Origin: Basidiobolus meristosporus CBS 931.73
Lineage: Eukaryota; Fungi; Basidiobolomycota
Assembly: GCA_002104905.1 (NCBI GenBank)
Contig: MCFE01000584.1
Span: 1 to 55,953 of the forward strand
Direction of reading: 5' to 3'
DNA: 55,953 bases
The notes under the pieces were generated by a model, which worked only from the letters and a program-made list of their open reading frames with translations, did not search any database and was not told the origin of the DNA. Shown piece after piece: positions 1 through 9,651 of the stretch; position 1 is the stretch's first letter, and each line of letters begins with the position of its first letter. Made by a program: the position numbers and the translations under genes.

Positions 1-99
1 TTGCAAGGAAAGTTAAAGACCTGCCAATAATGCCCCTTTTGTTGCTTGTTACAGGTGCACACTTGTATGCTTGTGTACTTTCAGTGGCTGTCCCCTGAG

Positions 100-3000
100 T
101 TGAAGCTCAGGTTCTGAGGTACTAGATGGAGTACTGGCCAAACATGCTCTATCTAATTGCTATAAATGTCAGAACAGTAAGCACATCTATTACTTATTAC
201 TAGGTACAGAATATTTCAGTGAAGATACATGTATGTATGACAAAGTCCATTATTATTCACAAGGCACTTTACTCTTTTGGAGGATCTAGATATATATTTA
301 TCTCACTGGTCATCTAAAGCTACTTTACTCTGAGTTTGTTGGAAGCATTGGGTGTCATATATTGACAGTGTAGGAGAAAGTGCCCAGAAGCTGCCAACCA
401 ATGGCAATATGATGATCTACTGATTTTATGTAAGGAGCTTTCAATAAGACTTGTGAGGTTTTGCTGCAAGCATAAGGATGCACATATAAATCTCTGATGT
501 ATAGTTTCTCTACTTTTTGCTAGTAGCTTAGAGAGTATAGATGTATGTTCACCTAAAGTCTCTTAAGGTGTGGATATGTAAGAAGATAGGAAGAAGAGCA
601 AATTACAGATTCTGCCATATTCAAGTCCCATGAGAAATACTGCATTCAAGTACATCTGCAATCCACAGAGTGACTGATGGAGGAACATCAAGTACAGTAG
701 ACAAGAAGTGAACAAGTATCCCTTTGGCAATGAGAAGCACAACAGCCTCAGTAAATGTGTAGTAAGTCAAATAAGGCAAGGCCTGGCTTGGCACAACAAA
801 CAAGTATTACTTCTGAAGACAACCATATCAAGGTATGTCAGGTAACTCTTGCATGCCAGCCAACTTAAATGCCTTTTCAAAAGTAATTTACACAAAAAGG
901 AGTGGGATTACACTCATACAGGGGACCAGAATGGAGTAGGAAAAGGAAGCTTATTAGCCAGGAGTCTAGGAGTATTTTGAGATATTAAGCAGATACACTT
1001 TGCCAAGTGATGGCAGCTATATGTACATTTGTAAAAGGCATACTTTAGCAGCAATGCAAGGCATACAGTAAGTTTACAAGTATCACACTAAGAAGCCACA
1101 TGCTTGTGGTATTAGGACTGTAACCACTGCAAAGCACTGCCAAGTTTTGTACCACATCAGAGAGTCTAGTCAGCAATACTATTACAATGCCTACATAAGT
1201 CAAAGGAGAGCAGCACAGGTTTGTTCTTGCTAGTACTGCAGTGGGGTCAATGTGGGATCCTGATGGCAAATATGAATTGGATCCACCTGCAAGACCAAAT
1301 TATTTTTTATACGGTCAAAATAGGTTGCAAACTTAGCCCTAAAACATCACTGACTCCTGCAAGTAGAATTTAATTGTTAAAGTCCTGAATGCTAGTTACC
1401 TTCACTTCCTTCACCCAATGAAAAAGAATATCTTGGAAAAGACCAAGCATACTAGAACCTGGGAGCATACTGCACTGTATGACACAGTATGGCACCATAA
1501 GGCCACAATCACTCAGTTGTACAATACATAAGCAGGAATTCTTTGCAGTGGTACTCATGTATTCAAGGTTGAACTATAATTTGTTTATTTGCTCCTCTTG
1601 GTGGTGCATAACTATCCTTTATGATGGATGTCTACTTGGATGGATACACTGAGCATTAACTAGAATCTTGATTATTTGGCCTAGCTTACTATTCTCTCAT
1701 AACTTCACTGCTACCAGAATCATTGATTCTGAATACTGCTCTTTACATGTTTCTTTATAAATACCACAATGTAGCTTCTGCTTGGGTAGTGACCATCCTA
1801 ATACTGATGTATTCCTGCTTTGTACTTATGGCTCCCTGGCTAACTATCAACATGTTCTTGAGAGGTCTATTGCCTCTTGGTTTAACATCCATGCCACTTA
1901 GCAACTGAGAATTTATAGCATTGCTAATATACTTCTTTAGTGTTTCAATTATAAACTGACATTTACCTACTTGCCTGGCTCCTGAATATTGCATACAGAA
2001 CAGGACATATGTAGATCACCTGGCTTTTGGGTCCTAATAATCTAAGAGCACACTGGCCACAAGACAATGGCATGGCAGATATGATGGCATCCTATATGTT
2101 GGTACACTCAACTTTGAAATATTTTGCAGCTTCTTAAATAACTGTTATCTTCAAGTTGGGGTCTTGATGTATGCTTCACAGCCTCATGCCCCATTGCTAT
2201 GATAAGCACTTCTATGAGCTTAATTTATGGCCACATTGTCTCACACAAATGAATATGTAATTCTCATGCATTGTCAGGTAAAAAAAATAGCATCACAGTA
2301 CCACTTGTGATTATTCCTTGCAGCAAAACTACTGCAATGTCTACTAGGGATGGTATTTGCTCAAAGGTCTTGGTTGAGGGAGAAATTTGTTTTGAGTATA
2401 TTGCAAATTATTACACCATTGAAAGGCTTGAAGGCTTTTAGGCAGGCAGCAAGATGCCATGAGTGCTTCACATATAGGGGTAGCAACTCAGAGTGGTTGG
2501 TAGTGTGAGTCTCATGTCTAGATATCTATCTGGAAAGAGCTTTGGTTTTAGATTGTCAACCTCCAAGAACTTCAAGTCAAGGCTTGTTTCTGCAAGGCCT
2601 TGAATTCAGGTCTCAGATGTTTAGAGCATCAGGCCTTGGTTTTAGTCTGACAGAGCCACAAATACAGATTTGCCCATTACAAGCCCAATGTCAAGGCTTT
2701 TTCTAATGCAATTGGTGAGCTGCAGTACTTGATAGGTGTGTGCCTCAAGTTGAGACACCTAAAGAGTGGAATCCTACATTAAGGGCTTTTGCAAATACTG
2801 ACATCAAGACAAGGCTCTCATTGCACAGGCACCTCCAATCACTACTTTTGCAAGTAAAAGCCTCACATCCCAGCCCTCAGTGGATGTGGGCCTGAAGTTA
2901 GATTTCAGCATAAAAGAGTCTTCATTGGGATTTTTTAGTCACTGAGGCTTGTGCTTTCAAACTATAGGAATATTGAAGCCTCAGGTTGAAGGCCTCTGAA

Positions 3001-3200
3001 GTCCACAGTTTGAGGCTATGTATCTCAGCTGCATAGAGAGCAGTATTGTTGTTTGTAACAAACAAGAGTCTTATATGGCAATTGTAGGTAGTAATGAGCC
3101 TAAAGATACAGATCCCAGGCTTTGACTCTTGGGGATAGACAGAAGAGCTGATATCAGGTTCCAGGCAGGCCCGGGCCTGAGTAAGAAGGTAAAGACAGTG
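100..3200. mobile_element. Highly degenerate CACTA/EnSpm-like (Transposase_21/Tnp2) transposon relic
   Basis: 340-450 (+) reads HWVSYIDSVG, paralleling HWESYVDIVG in the transposase at ~36490. Minus-strand fragments at ~2000-2440 resemble the GPKxP-DL and FxPF motifs of Transposase_21. Many stops and almost no CpG. Confidence 0.45.
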
Positions 3201-3224
3201 CATCCAGGTATGCCAAATATTTCC

Positions 3225-3360
3225 ACATTTTTATGGATCAGCCTGCGCAATATAGGACATACTCCATAGCAGATAAAGACACCCATGATATTGATGGATG
3301 CTCTAACCAAGATACACAGTACACAGAGCCCATGAAAGATGCCTTATATGGCAATGAGTC
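3225..3360 (+). pseudogene. Family A 3' fragment (relic)
   Basis: cagcctgcgcaa...gatggatgctctaaccaagatacacagtacacagagcccatg matches the QPAQ...EGCSDQDTQYTEPM region of the intact A genes. The 5' part is replaced by TE sequence. Confidence 0.75.
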
Positions 3361-3738
3361 TATGGAATGAACTTAAAGCCATTCAAGTTGCGTTGATTAT
3401 ATATTTCTTGCTTAATATGTAGTAGCAGAAGTATGATCCATGCCAGCACAAGAATAAGGGTAAGGCTAGAGCAGAATAAAGCGGACCCGCAATATCAGCC
3501 AGTAGTACCTTTCTGAGTAGTCAAAATGGATAAGTCAGCTGGCGCAGATAGCTGATACAATATCTGGTCAAGTTCCTGAGGGCTGTAAAACAATGGACTC
3601 CAGTATTTCGGCATATATGGCATTGTGCGGAGACTGCTCTACTTGCTAATTGCTTACATGAATAGGAGTAGTAGTGAATACGTGATCCATTAGCCTATTT
3701 ATTGTGGCGGGATCACAATAGTATTAAGCCTATTCATA

Positions 3739-4015
3739 TCATTAGCTGTCTCTGTATCTACCTCGACGGTAACATGATGTCTGATCGTCATCTTCATTCG
3801 AGTCTTGGTTTTCATCCTTGTCGGGAGTAAATAATTGCACATATGCCGACGTAGATGGTTGGAAAGTGCCTGAGCATTCTGTGCGGAGTTAGTTTAAACA
3901 TTGTCCAACCAGGGATGACATCGATGGTTCAGTCTCATGGTCTACTTATTGGTTGTCATGTGAAGCTATGGGTGTTGCAAAATACACACCGAATAGGATG
4001 AAGTGCTGTGAACAT
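3739..4015 (-). pseudogene. Family B (alpha subtype, RYRDS tail) relic
   Basis: Collinear with B genes (ggttggaaagtgcctgagcattctgtgcgg; tagctgtctctgtatctac tail), with internal deletions and frameshifts. Confidence 0.8.
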
Positions 4016-4481
4016 GAAGGTCTTGACAGAAGTATTCTTATTGCTTGTCCTACGCTGTTTCTTCCTGATATCAGTTGGTGTAATCTTGTTTGTATGTGTT
4101 GGATAGCCTAAAGAGATAGCGATTTTGTGATGGGATTTATTATGACATCAACAAAAATAAATAAACAATCCTCTTCAATTCTGATCTTGCTATACCACTA
4201 GCAATCTTTGTGAGTGTTTTGGGATATCTTCACCAGCCATCAGTCGATAGTATACTGAGCCAGATTTACGATGCATTGCATCGACCACCTTAGGTAGGTT
4301 TGGCAAAAATGCAACTCTCCATCACTTCATACATCGCCTCTACCCAATTGACCTCTATTGCACCAGATAAATCTTCAAGTCGGAACATTAACCGAGGGTT
4401 GTGTTGATTTGAAATAGAGTCATAAGAGTAGTGATAGCCAAGGGTATCAATGTGTATTCATCATAAGATTATCACAACTAT

Positions 4482-4823
4482 ATGGATGTGAATGAGGGCA
4501 AAGATGAAGGCGAAGGTGAGGACTCGATAGATGACACTTCAACTCAGCCAGAGTCATCCTACAACATGACAAACTGCAATATAGCAGATATGCAGCCAAG
4601 ACAGGCCTTGTTGGACAGAGTGAACGCTCACTCATCCAGTGATGCTGATGCCCTGTCGAACTCCAATCAGTTTGACCAAGCGCAGGTTATCGACCAAACC
4701 CTCTATCAGCCTAAGCAGCAACAGCCCCTAGATCATCATCACCCAGCCAGCCACCCGTAGCCATGTTGGACGCCAGAAGTACAAGAGATCTGCGCATAAG
4801 TGCTTCAAGAACAGATACATTGA
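4482..4823 (+). pseudogene. Family C, 5'-truncated and frameshifted copy
   Basis: The 92-aa ORF starts at the internal Met (MDVNEG) and matches C1/C2 through DQTLYQPKQ, then shifts frame. There is no signal peptide. The degenerate C tail and AATAAA follow. Confidence 0.85.
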
Positions 4824-5159
4824 ATAAATAAATATGACATTTGGCCACCTTAGATTAATATGAAACATCATCAGCCGTGATTCGTGAATTACCATACTAC
4901 AGCTGAAATATCACAAGTATATATGTATATATTGGTGTATGTATCAGTTTATTTATCGTACATTAATCATGTAGACTACGCGATATCAATGTGATGGAGT
5001 CGACAATATTAGAGAGAATGCTGATTTTCAATCTGACAAGGTGTGAGTTCATCAAAGTTAACTAACTATTGCTACCATCAATGTTGTAACCATGTTATAA
5101 TGGTTCCCATGCTATATATTCCCGAGTGTACTTGGCAATGGACTTAGTAGTTCTCAAAG

Positions 5160-5738
5160 ATGCGCGCATTCATTGTATCCTTGACCTTGGGCCTTGCTTC
5201 TCTTCAGGCCACCATTGCTGCTCCAGTCCCATGCTCCGAATCATGCAACCGTGAGCATAGAAGAGTCCGTTATCGCAGGTATTCATGCTCGGACCAAGCA
5301 AGCAACTGCTACCAGCAAGTCCAGGTTCAGCCCACTGTTGAAACACCAAACGTTCAAGTGCCACTGTTGCGTCAGGTGTTCACCACCGTGACCAGAAAGC
5401 ATGACAATCTGAACACTGCCAACGCCAACAGTGACAAGAGTCTCGATGTTCAGTTTCAAGCAGGCCCTAGCCTCGAAGTAGAAGGCTCAGCCAGCGCATC
5501 CGAGTACGCCAAACAGAAGGGTGCTGAACACTCCGAAGATGGCTCTGGTTACCCTATTGTTGTGGTTCAGCCTGCACAAGATGAGACATACTCCACACCA
5601 GTAGTGGACACCCAATGCATCGAAGGATGCTCTGACCAAGATACACAGTACTCTGAGCCCATGGAAGATGTTCAATGTGGCGACAACTGTGCTAATCAGG
5701 ACTCACAGTATACTGAGCCCATGGAAGACACTCAATGA
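5160..5738 (+). CDS. Family A secreted protein A1 (192 aa; Cys/Arg-rich N-terminus, acidic CxxxC repeats)
   Basis: Intact ATG ORF with hydrophobic signal MRAFIVSLTLGLASLQATIA|APVP. TATATA at 5113-5118 and AATAAA about 30 nt after the stop. Four near-identical intact copies. Confidence 0.9.
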   Translation: MRAFIVSLTLGLASLQATIAAPVPCSESCNREHRRVRYRRYSCSDQASNCYQQVQVQPTVETPNVQVPLLRQVFTTVTRKHDNLNTANANSDKSLDVQFQAGPSLEVEGSASASEYAKQKGAEHSEDGSGYPIVVVQPAQDETYSTPVVDTQCIEGCSDQDTQYSEPMEDVQCGDNCANQDSQYTEPMEDTQ

Positions 5739-6457
5739 CCCAACGACTGCACTTGAGCCCAAATGCAATAAAGTTACATTATTCATTTTATTTTTCGCCT
5801 CATAAGTGAGCAGAAATATAGCCATTAACAGCATGGGAGCAAAGAGCGTTTGACAAACTTAAAACCAAGCCAATTTCCACACTTCACTCTGATGATCCGA
5901 AGTCCAGTCACCAATTCAGGAGAAGGGTAGGAAACGTCTTGAAGTACTGCTTGAAGGTAGTGAGTGGCCTATTTAATATGCTCAGCGAGGGCTTAGTCAA
6001 TATGGATATCGGGCATCCTAGAGTGTATCGCTATGTCAAAAAGTCCAACTATTGCTCACCACCATTACCAGAAAACATGGTATCCTGAGTGCACATATAA
6101 TATGCACCACTAATTATAATGAAGAAAATTAGCGCTTGATATTCGCATTTCAGAGGGGACACAACCAAAATAATTCACACTGTCATGTGAGGAGTTGTTA
6201 GATGTTCTGAGCATAAAGGTTTTAACGTCGAATATGCCTAACCGAAAGGCACTGCGTATCCATATCTATGTTTGGTTATTTCGGTTGATGCTCATTCCAC
6301 TCATCCCTGTAGTCACATCTACGCTATTTTTCCTGATATCAGTTGGTGTAATCTTATTTGCAGAAGAAATGTGCGTGTTTTATAGTATGCAGAAATAGCG
6401 ATTATATGATAGGATTTATTATGAATGCCAAACCAATGTTTACATGATCCGATTGAG

Positions 6458-6892
6458 TCAAAAGCGGCCGCTGTATCTACTTCTACGGTAGCGTCGTTGA
6501 CAACGTTTGCACGATGGCTGATCGTCGTCGTCACTTGAGTCTTGAGTATCATCCTCATCGGGAGTAATTGATTGTACATATGTCGGTGCAGATGGTTGGT
6601 ACAATGTCTGATCTACTTGCTGCACTTGCTCATATTGATTCTGGTTGGAAAGTGCCTGAGCGTTCTGTGCAGAATGAGTCTGAGCGTTGTCCAACAATGG
6701 ATAGGCGTCTGAGGACTCTAGTTGATAGTATGTTGGTGCATATGACACTAATGGTTCATTGTCGGCATTGCCGCCAAAGTCCACTGGGACACCCTGGTCT
6801 ACTTGCTGGTTGTCATATGTTGCAATGGGCGATGCATAAGATGCACCGAATAGGAATACTAAGGCGGATAGAATGCGGAAAGTGCGTTGCAT
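6458..6892 (-). CDS. Family B secreted protein B1 (144 aa; acidic Q-rich body, CKRC plus Arg/Tyr tail)
   Basis: ATG at 6892 (the ORF track starts at a TTG at 6922). Signal MQRTFRILSALVFLFGASYA|SPIA. TATA-like CATAAAA about 40 nt upstream and AATAAA on the minus strand at ~6415-6420. Confidence 0.9.
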   Translation of the reverse strand: MQRTFRILSALVFLFGASYASPIATYDNQQVDQGVPVDFGGNADNEPLVSYAPTYYQLESSDAYPLLDNAQTHSAQNAQALSNQNQYEQVQQVDQTLYQPSAPTYVQSITPDEDDTQDSSDDDDQPSCKRCQRRYRRSRYSGRF

Positions 6893-7013
6893 GTTGGCTC
6901 CTGATGACACACTGGAAGGCAAACAGTTGCTTTTATGTATGGTTTGCTAGATTCATCAGCGATCATCAGCAACCAAACCCAGTTTACTAAATTATGCAGC
7001 AAAGGTGAGTAAA

Positions 7014-7096
7014 GTTAATCAGAATTTCACTTTCATTGCAATGATCAGTGAATAGGTGTTGATTAACACCGTAATCCCGGCGACCAATCACTTCAG
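7014..7096. promoter_or_regulatory. Conserved palindromic element plus CCAAT box in the divergent B/(A',C) promoter, copy 1
   Basis: GTTAATCA...TGATTAAC inverted pair around TCATTGCAATGA. TGATTAACACCGTAATCC and GCGACCAATCACTTCAG are invariant in 5 copies. Confidence 0.55.
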
Positions 7097-7611
7097 TACA
7101 TCAAGAAAAATAAATAAACATTAGTCTTCAATTTTGAGCTTGCTATACCACTTTGGAATGACAAACGCGGTAGTGAAGGGACAAACTAAAATGACTCATA
7201 CTACGCCTTTTCAAGCTATGGCTTGAAGTGAGCACACAGAAATCGCGTCGTTCTTGCGTAGTTCTCGATTTCATCGTCGAAGGCCACTAAGCTACTCTGA
7301 TTATATAGTACCCTGCAGCTATTTTTATGAGTATATTGGGATTATGAACGAATTAACATCTTCACCGGCCATCAGTCGATAGTATACTGCACTAAATTTA
7401 CCATTTAGCATTATGCATTGCATCGACCACCTCAAGTCCGCTTAGCAAAAATGTAACTCGCCATCACTTTGCTGGCCTCATATATCACCTCTATCCAAGC
7501 GATCTCTATTGCAGCAGATGAACCTAGAGTTGCGTTGATTTGAGATCGTAGATTCATAGGGATAGTGATTGCTAAGGGTATTAATGTGTACCTATCACTA
7601 TGACTATCAGC

Positions 7612-7956
7612 ATGTGGCTTTCCAAATCTTCAATGATGTAGCTACTTTTTCTTTTGGCCATCGTTGCTGCTCCAATTCCACGCTCCGAATCATGCAATCG
7701 CAAGCATAAAAGAGTGCATTATCGTAGTTCGTCATGCTCCGATCGAGCAAGTAACTGCCACCAGCAAGCCCGAGTTCTGCCAACTGTAGAGACTTCGAAT
7801 ATCTAAGTACGATTGTACGTTGAAGGATGCGTTGATCAGGATATACAGTACACTGAGCCCATGGAAGTTGCTCAGTTTGGCAATGACTGTGCCAATCAGG
7901 ACTTACTGTATGCTGACTTTATGGACGACACTCAACGTACCGACAACTGCACTTGA
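7612..7956 (+). pseudogene. Diverged family A paralogue (A') with its own signal peptide, inactivated
   Basis: Reads MWLSKSSMM*LLFLLAIVAAPIPRSESCNRKHKRVHYRSSSCSDRASNCHQQ. It has an in-frame TAG, an internal deletion and the C-terminal repeat remnant. Confidence 0.8.
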
Positions 7957-8173
7957 TTCAATAAATCTCGATTATCCATATCATTTGCTCTTAACGCCAA
8001 TCTAACTTGATTGCTAATAGCTAAACCAGGTAGTTAGTTGATGGACAACAAAAGCAGGACATAGCATGTGAGTTCCTGGCCTCAAGTGAGTCTGATACAG
8101 GGTGTAGTATAGTAGACTATGCCAAATACCACTATAAAGTGAGCTTACGACTGGTTTTACGATATTCATCAAA

Positions 8174-8728
8174 ATGCAGCTTACTCTCACTTTACTCGCT
8201 TTGTACTTTGCTTCTATCCATGCATTCCCTGCCACAGAAGATACCTCTTCTCAGGTGAGCTACGGTGACAATTTGTGCGGGGAGCAAGTAAGTCCTTGCT
8301 ACCCAGAAACGCAATCGCCTGCAGATGACTATCAGCCGGAACAGGACGAGGGTGATCACTATATGGATGAGAATGGAGGTGAAGATGAAGGCGAAGGTGC
8401 GGACTCAATGGATGGCACTACAACTCAGCCAGAGTCATCCTACAACATGCCCAGCTTCAATATAGCCGACCTGCAACCAAGACAGGCCTTGTTGGACAGA
8501 GTGAACGCGCAGTCATCCAGTGATGCTGATGCTCTGTCCAACTCTAATCAGTTTGACCAAGCGCAGGTTATCGACCAAACCCTCTATCAGCCTAAGCAGC
8601 CACAGCCCCAGATCATTATCACTCAGCCAGCCACCCGTAGCTATGGTGGAGGCCAGAAGAAGTACAAGAGGTCGGCACATAAGTACTTCAAGATCAGATA
8701 TTTCAGTGGGAATCGATACATTGATTAA
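8174..8728 (+). CDS. Family C secreted protein C1 (184 aa; very acidic body, Lys/Arg/Tyr/Phe tail)
   Basis: Intact ATG ORF with signal MQLTLTLLALYFASIHA|FPA. TATAAA at 8133-8138 and an AAATAAA poly(A) signal directly after the stop. Confidence 0.9.
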   Translation: MQLTLTLLALYFASIHAFPATEDTSSQVSYGDNLCGEQVSPCYPETQSPADDYQPEQDEGDHYMDENGGEDEGEGADSMDGTTTQPESSYNMPSFNIADLQPRQALLDRVNAQSSSDADALSNSNQFDQAQVIDQTLYQPKQPQPQIIITQPATRSYGGGQKKYKRSAHKYFKIRYFSGNRYID

Positions 8729-9072
8729 ATAAACATTTCATTTGGCCACCCTATATTAATATGAAACATCATCAGCCGTGCTTCGTGAATTACCACACTA
8801 CTGCTGAAATATCAAAAGCATATGCGTATATATTAGGGTATATATTGGTGTACTTATCAGTGTATTTATCGTGTTGTAACCAAATAAAGTACGCGATATC
8901 AATGCGATTGAGCCGATGATGGTAGAGCGAATGCTGCTTTTCAATCTGATAAAGTGTGAGTTCATCCAAGTTAACTAACTATTGCTACCATCAACGTTGT
9001 AACCATGTTATACTGGTTTCCATGCTATATATTCCCGAGTGTACTTGGCAATGAACTCAGCAGTTCTCAAAG

Positions 9073-9651
9073 ATGCGTGCATTCATTGTATCATTGATCT
9101 TGGGCCTTGCCTCTCTTCAAGCCGCCGTTGCTGCTCCAGTCCCATGCTCCGAATCATGCAACCGTGAGCATAGAAGAGTCCGTTATCGCAGGTATTCATG
9201 CTCGGACCAAGCAAGCAACTGCTACCAGCAAGTCCAGGTTCAGCCCACTGTTGAAACGCCAAACGTCCAAGCGCCATTGTTGCGTCAGGTGTTCACCACC
9301 GTGACCAGAAAGCATGACAATCTGAACACTGCCAACGCCAATAGTGACAAGAGTCTCGATGTTCAGTTTCAAGCAGGCCCTAGTCTCGAAGTAGAAGGCT
9401 CAGCCAGCGCATCCGAGTACGCCAAACAGAAGGGTGCTGAACACTCCGAAGATGGCTCTGGTTACCCCATTGTTATGGTTCAGCCTGGGCAAGATGAGAT
9501 ATACTCCACACCAGTAGTGGACACCCAATGCATCGAAGGATGCTCTGACCAAGATACACAGTACACTGAGCCCATGGTAGATGATCAATGTGGCGATGAC
9601 TGTGCTAATCAGGACTCACAGTATACTAAGCCCATGGAAGACGCTCAATGA
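9073..9651 (+). CDS. Family A secreted protein A2
   Basis: Intact 192-aa paralogue of A1 with the same promoter and 3' flank. Confidence 0.9.
   Translation: MRAFIVSLILGLASLQAAVAAPVPCSESCNREHRRVRYRRYSCSDQASNCYQQVQVQPTVETPNVQAPLLRQVFTTVTRKHDNLNTANANSDKSLDVQFQAGPSLEVEGSASASEYAKQKGAEHSEDGSGYPIVMVQPGQDEIYSTPVVDTQCIEGCSDQDTQYTEPMVDDQCGDDCANQDSQYTKPMEDAQ

Noticed and set aside
5170-5675. Recurrent overlapping ORFs in A, B and C copies (e.g. 5170-5364, 5194-5391, 6568-6990, 8520-8732 and equivalents)
   Set aside because: They are antisense or alternate-frame shadows of the real genes. They recur only because the DNA is duplicated, and their lengths and starts vary.
5736-5738. Selenocysteine recoding of the Cys-aligned TGA in family A
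   Set aside because: AATAAA follows about 30 nt later, leaving no evident room for a SECIS, and only a few fungi use Sec. It is kept only as a low-probability readthrough idea.
6893-6922. 10-aa N-terminal extension MPSSVSSxAN on the B ORFs
   Set aside because: It starts at TTG, not ATG, and lies between the TATA-like box and the real ATG. The signal peptide begins at MQRTF.
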